A DNA stretch of 63,268 nt, filler included, from Saprolegnia diclina VS20 (GCF_000281045.1; 6 parts of 2 records of this genome joined end to end with filler, not necessarily neighbours in it); one strand, 5' to 3'; numbered from the whole stretch's first letter, positions 22,291 to 33,758 are shown. The notes: generated from the sequence alone by a model not told the origin. Program-made: numbers and translations.

Positions 22291-22400
22291 TGCAGATCGT
22301 GGAGTGCAGCGTCGGCTTCATAGTTGCGTTCCAATGGCAGCTTCCACAAGAGCAGGAAGGGCAGCATTACCCGCTCGGGAAACATCTCACTCAGGTGGAT
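22291..22400 (-). pseudogene. Internal fragment of a paralogous P450
   Basis: ERVMLPFLLLWKLPLERNYEADAALHDL matches DRFLLPLPHLWKLPLARNYEADAIRDNL inside the downstream P450; no P450 sequence is visible upstream of it. Confidence 0.7.
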
Positions 22401-22785
22401 CTTCAAGTTGGTGACACCAGCCCTAACCGGCTTCATAACCGGTTAAATGGTGAAGCTTGAGGTGCCGAGAGGGTATCACATTGGCCTCGGTATCAGGCCT
22501 TTGTGATGCATGATGCACCGGTCACGAGAAGAAACTGATGGCAAATCTGTGAGAGACAACTGGTGCATTTCACCAAGAAGATGTCATCGTAAAGCTCCCT
22601 TTTTGAGAGCTTTTCTTGTCGCCCTACTTAGTACCAAGACACCCGGGCAGTCGCTGGTTGCGCAAGAGATCGCACCGTTGGCCTCGTTGGGATGTTGCAC
22701 GCCCTTTCTCAGAAACGCAGCGTTGGTCGAAGGGCAAGGTGAGTCTGGCAAGGTGTGGATGAAGCGAGGTCATTTGCTTTTTGCA

Positions 22786-24098
22786 ATGGCCAGCTGCACG
22801 GGTATCCTGCTTCAGTCCTTTGACACCTTCTCGGCGTGGAAGGACGGCTTCTTAGAGGCGTGCCCCTACCGCGCATTCTACTCGCGCTCCAACTTTGACG
22901 ACGTGGACGCTGAGCTACGCGCCTTTAGCCAGTCTCTTGTCGCCAACGGCCTAGACGAGCGCGTGCAGGCAGCTCTCGAGGCGTTTATGACGCAAGGGCG
23001 GCTCCGACGCGCCAGCGAAGCGCACGCGTACCTCGCCTCTGCGATCCATCTGCGTCTCCACAGCATCGTCACTGGCACGAGCGATGCGCGTGAGCTCTGG
23101 GTGTCGTTGCTCGCCAAGGAGTAGCCGAGCTTGCTTGGTTCTCTCGACGGGCTCCTGCATCCGCCACGGGTCACGTGTTTCTTCGAGGTGTTGCAAACGC
23201 GACTGACGCCTTCCTTTCGCCCCTTTTGCGCTTTGAGCCACCGTGCGGTATGCTCTTGAGCACCGTCGAGATGGATCGATTTGAGGCGTTCAAGACGCTG
23301 GTGGCTACGCGCTTGGAGACCGCGTTCCTCGCACATCACTGGCGCACTTAAGTGCCCAACGACATATCGTCCATCGAATCCATGGACAAGGCTGCGCTCA
23401 CACAGCACATCAAGCGTGCACGTCCCGTGCTCCAAGAAGTGGAGAAATCGGCCAGCGACGCGCGCTGGGTCGGAGGTGCCAACGCGCCGTGCAACTTTTG
23501 CGTGAAGCTCCACTCGACCAAGACGTGCACCAAGTTGCACCGCGCCATCTTGAGCGGCAAGGTCACGTGCAAGGTGCCGTCACGGCGCAAGGTGCACTTT
23601 CAGCTCCCCCCCGACTTTTGCTGCCGCTACTGTCTTCTTGCCATGCGCGTCGTCGTCGACCACTGCACGACCGGCTGCGACCGGTTGCGCACCGACATGA
23701 TGAGCGACCAGGTCGATCGCAACTTCAAGCCGCTCGCGGACCACGACTGGCCCAAGCTCCGGCCCAGCGATTGGGACGCGTACCTGGTCAAGACTGAGAA
23801 CGAGTACAAGCAAGCGCGACAGTTGTACTCGACGTTCGAGTTGGAGCCAGGAACGGTGCGACTCCGAGAAAAGCCAACCGCCCAGCCGCACAACGAAACA
23901 CCAACGCCAGTCCCCGCTTTTATCGAGATACCGGCGCTAGCTCACGCTTCAAGCGAAGTAGCAACACCAGTTCGCACACCAAACGAAGCGTTAGCCCACG
24001 CAGCGATCGAAGAGACAACGGAGAGCAGCAGCAAGCGCCGTCGATTGAGTTACATCTCGGACGATGAATACCCTTTCCAAGGGTGTACCTTGCACTAG
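22786..24098 (+). pseudogene. Disrupted Gag-like / zinc-knuckle gene
   Basis: AHAYLASAI..LHSIV..DARELW resembles Copia-type Gag; CNFCVKLHSTKTC is CX2CX3HX4C; in-frame TAG (23122-23124), a frameshift and TAA (23349-23351) interrupt otherwise coding-like sequence. Confidence 0.55.
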
Positions 24099-24455
24099 GA
24101 AACCGCAATGTACTTGATGTTGTGCATACATAGTCGCGTAGAGAACTACCTCAATTGAATTGAATATCGTTGTTTAGCTCGTCGCTTTCTTCTACATAGT
24201 GACAATCGCGCCAGAGTTCATTGATACCAGTCTGTTTTGGATCAACACTCGGCTGTGAATGGTTTGGCGCCAAAATGCAAGATACCGTTTCACACACGCC
24301 ACATCGACTGTGTCACATTGACTGTGAAAAACGCAGTGTGAAAAGCATATCTTCGAATCGAAGCAAGTGCAAACTTCGTGTATCAAGCCAATCACATGCG
24401 AGGCGCCAGACCGGAACCCACGTGCTCAGAACTCGTCACCGAACGCAGAAGCAAG

Positions 24456-25478
24456 ATGGTCGACGGCGCCGAGTCTCCAGGACGAGCCAAACTACGGGCC
24501 AGGATCGCCAAGGACGGCCCAAGCGAAGCGGCGATCGCGGTCGCGCGGGTCTTCCTCGAGAGCCTTCGGCGCGACAGCTTCCCGCCACACGGCTACGACC
24601 GCGTCTTTGGTGTCGAGCTCATGGAGCTCGCAAGTACGCGCCTCGCGATGCTGCCGATGGGCCACCTCGTCTTCCAAGTGTGGCGTGGGCTCTCGCAGGC
24701 CAACGCTGTTTCGGAGGCCACGATCGTGAGCGCGCTGTGGCAAGGCCGCCTACCCAATTTCTTCCGCGAGTGCGTCATGGCGCAGGCCGACGGTGCGGCG
24801 AGTCCGTGCATCGCGGAGCTCCTGCATCGCGGCTTCGGCGACATCGCATGGGATCTGGCGCTGCACCAGCTTCTCGCCAAGGTTGCTGGCAAAGAGACCG
24901 CGGGTCTCCGCGTCAGTGGCACGACGTTGACGCCCGGGGACATTCAGTTGGATGATAGCTTCCGACCGGTACCCATTGCCCACGCTGCCGCCATCCCGTT
25001 GTACGCGAAGAAGACTTCCACGCGCGCCCGGCAGAGCGACGCGCAGCTGATATCGCGTCTCATGGCCGACCCGTGCTCGACCGAGGCGCCGGCCGAGTGG
25101 GTCGGGGGCGGCAGTGGCCCGGCGGCGTTCGAGGTTCTCGTCGTTCGAAGCGACGGGATCGCGTTTACAGAAGCTGACTGGCTTGTCCTCGACAGCTTCA
25201 AGGATGCGATGGTGCAGCAGCGCCCGCGTGCTGTGATGCGAAGTCACTTTACAGCGTTCGCCAAGGCGCTGTCGGCCCCCGTCGCCACGATTGCGCTCGA
25301 AGTGATCTTCCCACGAGGTCAAGCCGTGCGCGCGCATGGCCTGGAGAAGCACCCCGAGCTCAATGGGGCCAAGGGCAAGACCAACGGCAAGTACAGCAAG
25401 GGCCGTGTCGGCGTCAAATTTGAAGGCCGCGTCAGCGCCGTCGCTCTCTTGCCGACCCACTTGACGCTTCTCAAGTAG
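24456..25478 (+). CDS. Uncharacterised protein, paralogue A (340 aa, intronless)
   Basis: Long GC3-rich ORF; colinear similarity to 25674-26819. Confidence 0.85.
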   Translation: MVDGAESPGRAKLRARIAKDGPSEAAIAVARVFLESLRRDSFPPHGYDRVFGVELMELASTRLAMLPMGHLVFQVWRGLSQANAVSEATIVSALWQGRLPNFFRECVMAQADGAASPCIAELLHRGFGDIAWDLALHQLLAKVAGKETAGLRVSGTTLTPGDIQLDDSFRPVPIAHAAAIPLYAKKTSTRARQSDAQLISRLMADPCSTEAPAEWVGGGSGPAAFEVLVVRSDGIAFTEADWLVLDSFKDAMVQQRPRAVMRSHFTAFAKALSAPVATIALEVIFPRGQAVRAHGLEKHPELNGAKGKTNGKYSKGRVGVKFEGRVSAVALLPTHLTLLK

Positions 25479-25673
25479 CTACACGTAGCTCACTGTACAC
25501 TATGTAGCACTAGTAGATTGAAGAAGCTGTTTGAGATATTGGCTTGTCTCAGTAAAGTAGACCTGAATCCCATGGACGCAACAGAAAATCACTACTCTTA
25601 CTGAGGAGCCTTGCTCTTACATGCAGAATCGACGCGAAAGATGCACGGACAGACATAGGAGAAACACCGCAAG

Positions 25674-26819
25674 CTACGGCACCGACTGGAGCTTGGTGGG
25701 GGCGACGGCCACGGCCGCAGTACGCCCGGCAATGGTGACACCGATACGACCGTTGGTGTAGTTCCCCGTGACGACCCCGCGAAGCCCGTTGAGCTCTGTG
25801 CTCGACTGCAAGCCCGAGATGACGACGGCGCGGCCCTTTGGGAAGAGCGCTTCGAGGATGATACCCGCCTTCGAGTCGGTGCGGCTCCGAGCAAACGCCA
25901 CAAAGTCAGCGCGGGTGACCGACCGCGGCCCGTCATCGAGCATCGTCATCTCGAAATCGTCCAAGGCGGCCCAATCGTCCTTGGTAAACGCAACTCCATC
26001 GCTGCGGCCGACAAGCACGGGGGGCGCAGGACCACAAGCGCCGCCGTACGTCCAGGGGATGGACGCCACGCCGATCTTAGGGTCCGACATCATCCGGGAG
26101 ATGATGTAGCACGAAGCCTTCTTGCTCTCTCCGAAGCACTTGCGGACGTAGAGGGGAATGCCAACGGCATGTGCGATCGGGCACTTCTCAAACATCGTGT
26201 TCATTGTCACGACGCATGGCGAGAGCGTGCTGCCGTTGACGAGCAGACCCAGGGGCCCCTTCTCCGCGCGTGGATCGGTCTCGGACGTCGGCGTCGCCTG
26301 CCACTGGCTTGCAGGCGGGTTCGGATCCTTGGTGAGAATTTCGTGGACTTCAACGTCCCATTCAATGGCACGGAACCCGCGCTGGAGCAGTTCTGCCTCG
26401 TAGTAGCTGCCGCTCCCGGCGTGGTACTTCTTCAAGACGCAGTCCATAAAGTAGGCGGGCAGCATGCCCTTCCACAGCGCCAAGACCATGTCGTCTTCCT
26501 TGAAGAGGTCATGCTTGCGCAGACCAACCCACACGTTGAAGACGATCTTGCCCGTCGACATGGCCTTCATAGTGCTCGGGATGGTTGCCATGTACTCGTC
26601 CATCGACATGGGGCCCGGCGACGACGGCGGCTCCGTCGTGGGCATGACGACACCGAAGATGCGTTCGATGGACGCCGGCGGGTAGAAGTCGCGTGCCATG
26701 CTCTCGCAGAATTGCATGACGAAGTCAATCGCAGCATCCCGCGCATCCATGCTCTTGGTCCCGGCGAGGAAGTTGCGGCGTGCTTCGCCCGTCGGCTGTT
26801 GCTGGCTTGCGCTGCTCAT
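25674..26819 (-). CDS. Uncharacterised protein, paralogue B (381 aa, intronless)
   Basis: Long ORF sharing AELL.RGF..I.WD, PIAHA..IPLY, RSDG.AFT..DW..LD.F and GL....ELNG..G with paralogue A. Confidence 0.85.
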   Translation of the reverse strand: MSSASQQQPTGEARRNFLAGTKSMDARDAAIDFVMQFCESMARDFYPPASIERIFGVVMPTTEPPSSPGPMSMDEYMATIPSTMKAMSTGKIVFNVWVGLRKHDLFKEDDMVLALWKGMLPAYFMDCVLKKYHAGSGSYYEAELLQRGFRAIEWDVEVHEILTKDPNPPASQWQATPTSETDPRAEKGPLGLLVNGSTLSPCVVTMNTMFEKCPIAHAVGIPLYVRKCFGESKKASCYIISRMMSDPKIGVASIPWTYGGACGPAPPVLVGRSDGVAFTKDDWAALDDFEMTMLDDGPRSVTRADFVAFARSRTDSKAGIILEALFPKGRAVVISGLQSSTELNGLRGVVTGNYTNGRIGVTIAGRTAAVAVAPTKLQSVP

Positions 26820-27926
26820 GCTCGCTTGTCGGCTTGAAGGCGAATTCGCAAATGCATGTGTTTTATTGACCCATGGCAAATGGGAGAAAGATCCAGCACC
26901 GGATTCTGTATCCGGACGCTTGCCGGATATGAGGATTGGCATTTCCCGCCACTTGTGCTGCATTTTCGCGCTCTGTCGCGTCCATGTCACCACGGCAACG
27001 GCTTTGCTCGTGGTCTTGGGGAGCTGTCATGGCGCTTCCTGGTAGCACCGCTGGTACGACAGGGAGACGCTCCCATCGACGACCAGCAACACGTCATCGT
27101 TGCAACGACTGCAATGGTACACGTCCCGATACACCCAGTGACCAGACCATAGTGCCCAGAGACGGGGCATGCGCCGGCGGCTATACTTCATGGCCAAACG
27201 TACGCTTTCTAAGCGCAGATCCATGTACGTTGCCGAGATTCGCGCTGCCTCTGGCTTTTGAAGCGCTGCGCATGCTGCTGGTGAGCGGTGTTGGTGCGCA
27301 TACTGGACGGATGTCACCAGCGTCTTCGATCGCCGGGGGCACGCCTCACGGCGCTGCTACGAACTATGTTGTATCGCCTCGACACTATTTCGTGTAGTGC
27401 TCAATCGCAATCATTGAGGGATGACGGAGGTACGCGTTTGCTATACCCACGTCTAGAGCGCTCTAGAGCGAACCCGACGGAGGCATAGCAAACACACTAG
27501 CTACAAAACGAGACCTCGGGCGAGGCGAGTAGCCGAATCGGCCACAGTAGCCTTGCGGCGCCTTCCCGTGACCTACCAAGGACGGTCATGACAACCATGC
27601 TTGGACTCGAACTACGGCACTCGACCCGGAGAATCTCAAAATGAGCAATTTGATGAATTTTATGGGGAAAGGATGTGGAAATTGGAAAAGCTTGCCGATA
27701 TTTCTTCATCGCCCTGGCTCGACAGCCTCTGCACTGTGTAGAAGCATTGGTATGAAGGCTTGGTGAAGCGGTGTGCATCCAAGTCTAAGGCTCGACGGGG
27801 TTGTGGGATGATCGATACCAATCCGGATAATAAGTGCCGGATAGTCATAGGTATCCGGCTGGCGTCGTATCCGGTTACGGAGCCCTCATACACTCGGAGC
27901 GGCCACAGGACGGACGCAGGACCAGC

Positions 27927-28779
27927 ATGCCGGACGAGATCGAGATCCGCGATGTATGGGCGACGAACCTGGAGGACGAGATGAAGGCGATCCGCGAGGT
28001 CGTTCGGCGCAAGTGCTACGTGGCCATGGACACCGAGTTCCCAGGCGTCGTGGCGCGGCCGATCGGGTCTTTCTCGACGTCGACCGAGTACCAATACCAG
28101 ACGCTGCGCTGCAACGTTGACCTCTTGCGCATCATCCAGCTTGGCATTGCCTTCTTCCACGAAGATGGCACCGTCATGAACGACGTGCCTGTGTGGCAAT
28201 TCAACTTCAAGTTCTCGCTCGGCGAAGACATGTACGCCGAGAACTCGATCGAGCTCCTCAAGCAGTCGGGCATTGACTTTGCCAAGCACGAAGAGTCGGG
28301 CATCGAGGTCACGCGCTTCGGGTACGCTCTTCTCGCCATGTGGTGTGTCGGTGGCTCATAGCTCTGGCGATAGCGAGCTCCTCGTGCCCAGCGGCCTTGT
28401 GCTCAACCCCGACATCAAGTGGTTGAGCTTCCAGGGCTCGTACGACTTTGGGTACCTCATCAAGGTGCTCACGTGCGCGCCGCTGCCGTCGGATGAAGAG
28501 AGCTTCTTCGACCTCCTCCACACGTTCTTCCCCGACACGTATGATCTGAAGTACCTCGCGCTCGACTTTGACAAGATGGGCGGGCTCAGCCGCTTGGCCG
28601 AAGACATGCAGGTCGAACGCATCGGTATTATGCACCAAGCTGGTTCGGACGCGCTCTTGACGGCCGCCGTCTTCTTCAAGATGCTCGACTTTTACTGCGA
28701 CGGCAAGGTTGAGAATGCGCAAAAGTACTCGGGGCACCTCTATGGCCTCGGCCAGACCACGGCGGCGCTGCTTGGTTAA
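27927..28779 (+). CDS. CAF1: CCR4-NOT deadenylase CAF1/POP2 (DEDD nuclease); one intron 28322-28373
   Basis: EIRDVWATNL, AMDTEFPG, NVDLL.IIQLG, YDFGYL, HQAGSDALLT. Confidence 0.96.
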
Positions 28780-28853
28780 TTCCCTGTAAATTCTACATGC
28801 CCACCCTTTCTCTCGCACGTATACGTTGGAATAAGATGCAAGCGCTCATGTTC

Positions 28854-29676
28854 TTAGTCTTGCATGATAAAGTCCAGGAGCGGGTTGAGCGCGTCCGGCG
28901 TCTGGATCGAGTAGCCCTCAAACGTGACATCGCACGGCGCGTCGATCGCAAACTCAAACGGTGCATTGTCACGGCCAAGCGGAATCGACTCGTCGTCGTC
29001 GCCATGGGCTTCGAGCGACGCGCGCGTCGACTTGATCTGCGTCCTACGAAAAGCATGAGATGCGCACAACTCGTGTACATGCGCGTACAGCTCGGCCTCG
29101 AGGAGCAACTGCACGGTCGCCGGCGTCGCCGCCTTGACATCGTCGGTCTTGCTGCAAGCAATCATGACGGGCACGCCGGCGTCGTTGATCTTGGGGTGCG
29201 TAAAGATGTCGTACAAGAACCTAGTCGCACGCGTGAGTCACAGCCTGGCTTGCAATGTGGGCATACTCGGCGGCCTTGCGGATGTGCGACGCATCGTTTG
29301 CGGTCGTGGCGTCGACGATAAAGATGATCTTCTTGGCGATCGGGTAGAACTGCGTCGCCGTCGAGCGCATGCGCTCGTGCCCGGGAAAGTCACAGATCGA
29401 GATCGTAGCATTCTCCTCATCAAAGAGCGGGAACGTCTCCATCGTCTCCTTCATCGACGTCACGGTCTGGACCTTGGTCGGGCCATCGCGGAGGCGGTGA
29501 AAGAGCGCGGTCTTGCCCGCACCGCACGGGCCCACGAGTAGCACGACGTCGCGGCCGCTGCCACCGAGGCCCGCGCCGCCGCCGCAGAGCTTGAGGAGCA
29601 CAAAGAGCAAGATGAGAATGGCGGCCGCCGCAGCGCCGTAGGCAGCGAACGACGTGTCTTCCGTGATGAAGTCCAT
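28854..29676 (-). CDS. SRPRB: Signal recognition particle receptor beta subunit (Arf-like GTPase), three exons
   Basis: N-terminal TM, GPCGAGKT, TVTSM, DFPGHERMR, AAE.LYD, ACSKTD, LE.E...IKSTR. Confidence 0.88.
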
Positions 29677-30505
29677 TGCAAGTTGGGGTTTGCCTCGTTT
29701 TTGCTCCTCGAATTCGCAAAAACCACGTTTTACACGCGAAACGACCGCGACCCCTCGTTGTGTTGAAGTGAAAAATGACAAGATCGCTCGACACAGATCT
29801 GAAATAATTGCAATCGCCCTGTGCGCATGGAGCGCCGTAGTCCATTCGTTTGACCATACACCGTTGTTGCTACAGCTACCTCGTCACGTCGCGGAAGAGA
29901 GATACCCTGTCAAGGCAGCCCGAAGGCTATACCTCGTCGTGTACCTGCAAGGACCATAAACGGTGCTTGTGTCGTTAGAAAGAGCGTTTGAGCGCAATAG
30001 AAGCAGGTCTATCCCCGCAGAAATGCACATGCCCATGGCGTCTGACTGTGTAAAGACGTCTGCGGAGCATGACTATAGCCGCGCTCTGTAGCCGGTGATA
30101 CCATAACCTCATCGCAGAGATAGGAGTGACATATACCTTCCTCGGTACAGGTGCGAGCCTTGCGGGCGCCGTTCGGAGTATGTTGTTCTTTGCAAAGTAC
30201 GCAGTGCAGTTCACCAACTCATCAAGGTCTCGTCCGCATTCGTATGTAGGCGTTGAAGTCCTGGATGACGTGGACAAAGCCTCTCGCGTGGGAAATGCAG
30301 TTTCCCACGCTCCGCTGTCTCTTCGCTAACCTCTATCATTTAATCATATACAAATATACAGGTCCCTCTGAATTGTATATCTACACTATATGTGTTTTGT
30401 AAGGACCTGTATAGTTGAATGCTCTGTGATATCGCATTGCAGAGGGTGCAATACACTTTGTTTGGACCAACCACCTCAGTGAACGAAGACACCCAAGCAG
30501 GAAGC

Positions 30506-30778
30506 ATGAAGGTCCGCTCGTCCGTGAAGAAGATGTGCGATGCGTGCAAGACGGTCCGCCGCCGCGGCAAGGTCTACGTCATCTGCGACAAGCACCCCAA
30601 GCACAAGCAGCGCCAAGGCTTCCACACCATGACCTCGGCGGTCGCCGAGACCACGGCTGCGCCGGCCGGTCTCTCGGCCAACGCCGGCTTCCGGGCGTTC
30701 TTCTTCCAGACGCAGTTCCCTGGCCTCGCGCCTTTCAAGTCGTTCCGTGATGCGGTGGCCAAGCCGTTGATCAAGTAA
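30506..30778 (+). CDS. MRPL36: Bacterial-type ribosomal protein bL36 (presumably mitochondrial) with C-terminal extension, 90 aa
   Basis: [38 protein letters not shown] is a complete CCCH-type L36 domain. Confidence 0.93.
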   Translation: MKVRSSVKKMCDACKTVRRRGKVYVICDKHPKHKQRQGFHTMTSAVAETTAAPAGLSANAGFRAFFFQTQFPGLAPFKSFRDAVAKPLIK

Positions 30779-31014
30779 GCGCAGTAGATAGAGACTAACG
30801 AAGAGTGATTTATGGTTCACCCTCACGACAATTGCAACCCGACGGTGCAGGTGACAACGATCAATGAGCGGCATGGACGAGCCATCGAAGCGCTATTGCT
30901 ATGGCGTAGCAGACCCGTTAGCACGACACAGCGTCGGCGCAGCTGTGTATATTACAAGGTGGTAGCTATGGCATATCTACAAGCGACGCCTCCTTTGCCG
31001 GGAGGTTCAGCGCC

Positions 31015-31467
31015 TTACTGGAAGTCTTCGAGGTGCACTTCAAAGAGGAGCGTGGCGCCACCGGGGATGATGCCGGGGACACCGCGCGCGCCGTAGCCGA
31101 AGTCCGACGAGATGGTCAAGACCGCCTTCTCACCCTTGGACATCTGGGCAACACCTTCATCCCAGCCTACACGCAGCATGTACATGAGCATGCTACGACC
31201 TTACGCACACATCGGTCATGCACTCTACGCACCGCGGATGACCTGGCCCACGCCAAGCGTAAACTGGAACGGGCGACCCTTCTTGTACGACGAGTCGAAC
31301 ACCGTGCCATCCTCGAGCTACATACGCAGAGCCTGCATGAGTCGGAGAGCGATGGATAGAGAGGCAGCGCGTCCGTCTACCTTGCCCGTGTAGTGCATGA
31401 TACACGTCTGGCCGCGGCTGGGCTTAGTGCCGTTGCCGGCTTCGGTCGTCTGGACATGGACACCCAT
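31015..31467 (-). CDS. FKBP12: FKBP12-type peptidyl-prolyl isomerase, three exons
   Basis: [63 protein letters not shown]. Confidence 0.96.
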
Positions 31468-31719
31468 TTTGCTTGGCTTGGATGATGCAACTGTATGAGT
31501 CGAGAAGCCGTGCCCGTGCCGCCATAGATTACAATTCCTTGGTCCATTTTAATGTCCTTGTTGACGAATACATACAAAAGGCAAGGCATGTTCGTGCTTG
31601 TCTAAAAAAAGAAGAGAATTTTTGATTTTATGACATGATTTCCGGATAATGATTGCATCCGGAAATCCCCACTGTCGGCCGTACATTGGCACCATCCAAT
31701 AGACCTCCGACGACCGACG

Positions 31720-32031
31720 ATGCTTGGCCGTGCCTCTGCCCGTCTTATGAAGGCGCCTCTCCGCCACTTCTCCACGGAGCTCGCGCCCGTGGCTGAAAAG
31801 AAGGCCGCCCCTGTCGCGCCCAAGAAGGCCGGCTCGTCCTTGCTCCAGCGCCTGACGGCCTTTTGCGTCGGCGCGGGCCTCGCCGGCGCTGGCGCCGTCT
31901 ACCAGATCCGCCAGGACTTGAAGCTCTCGAACGCCGAGATCCAAAAGGAAATCGGCGCGTTGAAGAACGATGTCGTCGAGTCCAACGCCCGCTTGGCCAA
32001 GCGCGTGGCTCAGCTGGAAAAGGCCAACTAG
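31720..32031 (+). CDS. Small putative mitochondrial membrane protein (presequence, one TM, coiled coil), 103 aa
   Basis: MLGRASARLMKAPLRHFST presequence-like start, hydrophobic AFCVGAGLAGAGAVY, heptad-like tail; strong codon bias. Confidence 0.75.
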   Translation: MLGRASARLMKAPLRHFSTELAPVAEKKAAPVAPKKAGSSLLQRLTAFCVGAGLAGAGAVYQIRQDLKLSNAEIQKEIGALKNDVVESNARLAKRVAQLEKAN

Positions 32032-32741
32032 ACTCGCATCGTTCGTGTCTGCGTGCGTAGATGACCGTAAGTATTGGGGACAATATATTTGATCCATACA
32101 TGCGTCCACCCTTGGTCGCACAGCGCGACGCCCTGCGAGCCACAAGCACCCTTTGCATCGATCTCCGTACAGGTAGGTCCCTTTGACACGATACCGGAAT
32201 TGCCCCTGTGTCTCGAGCCTATAAGATCCGAGTGCCACACGCAAACACGCCAAGTGTCTACATTGAGCCAAAGCTGACGAGCTCTGCCAACTAGCAGATA
32301 GCAGCACTCTTCAGCTGCCAATGGCGATCGCAGCACTTCATCCTTGCACCATCGCGACTGCCACGACGCGCTGCTGCTCGAAGCACTAGATGCCACAGAG
32401 TGCGATTCAATCAAGCGAGCTGCCGCCCAAGCTCTGCCGCCTGTGGCGTGGAGTAGGTGAACGGGGGTCAGGTGAATTGCGATCGTTGACGACCCGGGTC
32501 GGACACAGATGTGGCGCATCCGAGCGGCCTCTGGGTACAAAGATGTGCTCACCAGAAGATCGTACGTCCATGGCACCGCATACGAGGTGAGCGCCATGCT
32601 AGTTTGCCTTGGGTCGCGCGCTATCTCAATGCACAGACACGACGCACAGACATGCGGCTCGGTCGAGTCGACCCCGGGACAAGCACCGGTATCCTCCGGA
32701 TACGTTCGAAAACACATGCGTCATCACATTTTCCATCGAGC

Positions 32742-33758
32742 ATGAACCTCACCTTTGCGCCGCAGCGTTTCCACGTCGGCGTGTGGGTCTTTGGCCTCCT
32801 CTCGTACGTCTTGTACCGCGGGCGCGTCTCGGCCGACCGCACTTACCAAGCGCTGTCGTATCTCTCGTACTTTTTCTTCATCCTCTGCGTGCTGGACGTC
32901 GCCCTCTTTTATTGGCACGCGCGCCGGCTCGTGCCGCTCGAACCGCGCGCCAAGGGCATCGCCGTCGTCACGGGCGCGTCGTCGGGCCTCGGGCGTGAGA
33001 TTGCCTTTGCACTTGCAGAGAAAGGCTTCAACCTCGTGCTCGTGGCGCGCACCGAGGCGACGCTTGCGCGCATTGCAAAAGAAATGCGTGACGTGCTCGG
33101 TGTCACCGCCTATGTCTGCCCCGCCGACCTCTCATCGCCCGAGTCGGGCGTCGCGGCCATCGAAGCGCTTTTGGCCAAAGAAGAGGTCGAAGTCGACATC
33201 CTCGTCAACTGCGCTGGCCTCGGGTACCAAGGTGCGTTCCATTCGCAGACCCGCGCCCACGTGCACGAGATGGTCTCGATCAATGTCACCGCGCTCGTCC
33301 AGCTCACGCATGCGCTCCTGCCGGGCATGATTGCGCGCAACCGCGGGCGCATCTTGAACATTGCGTCCGTCTCGGGGGCCTCGCCCATGCCGACGTCGGC
33401 CATCTACGGCGCGACCAAGGCCATGGTGCTCCGCTTCTCGCAGAGCATCAACTACGAAGTGCGCCGCTACAACGTTGGCGTGACGGCACTGAGCCCGGGC
33501 CCGATCCCGACTGCGTTCCAGGAAAAGTGCGGGACGCCCCAAGCCGTCATGTTCAACGTGCCAATGATCGCCGGTGACGCCAAGGCCGCGGCCAACACGG
33601 GTGTTGACGCCATGCTCGCCGGCGTCGAGACCGTCTACGACTCGTTCACGTCCGAGATGATGGCGTTTGGCGCGTCGACGCTCGGGCCCAAGCGCATCGT
33701 CGCCATGATGTGCCACATCATGTGGAACCCGCCGAGCGAGATCCCCAATGCACTCTAG
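32742..33758 (+). CDS. Membrane-anchored short-chain dehydrogenase/reductase, 338 aa
   Basis: TGASSGLG, LVLVAR, LVNCAG, NIAS, YGATK; two N-terminal hydrophobic segments. Confidence 0.92.
   Translation: MNLTFAPQRFHVGVWVFGLLSYVLYRGRVSADRTYQALSYLSYFFFILCVLDVALFYWHARRLVPLEPRAKGIAVVTGASSGLGREIAFALAEKGFNLVLVARTEATLARIAKEMRDVLGVTAYVCPADLSSPESGVAAIEALLAKEEVEVDILVNCAGLGYQGAFHSQTRAHVHEMVSINVTALVQLTHALLPGMIARNRGRILNIASVSGASPMPTSAIYGATKAMVLRFSQSINYEVRRYNVGVTALSPGPIPTAFQEKCGTPQAVMFNVPMIAGDAKAAANTGVDAMLAGVETVYDSFTSEMMAFGASTLGPKRIVAMMCHIMWNPPSEIPNAL

Noticed and set aside
20535..22436. Single 633-aa P450 ORF spanning the N gap
   Set aside because: The part before the gap duplicates an internal P450 segment, so the ORF is an artefact of reading through Ns.
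5834..33758. Lipid-metabolism gene cluster (BBOX, PIG-G, elongases, P450, SDR)
   Set aside because: The genes are interspersed with unrelated housekeeping genes and split by a linker gap of unproven adjacency.
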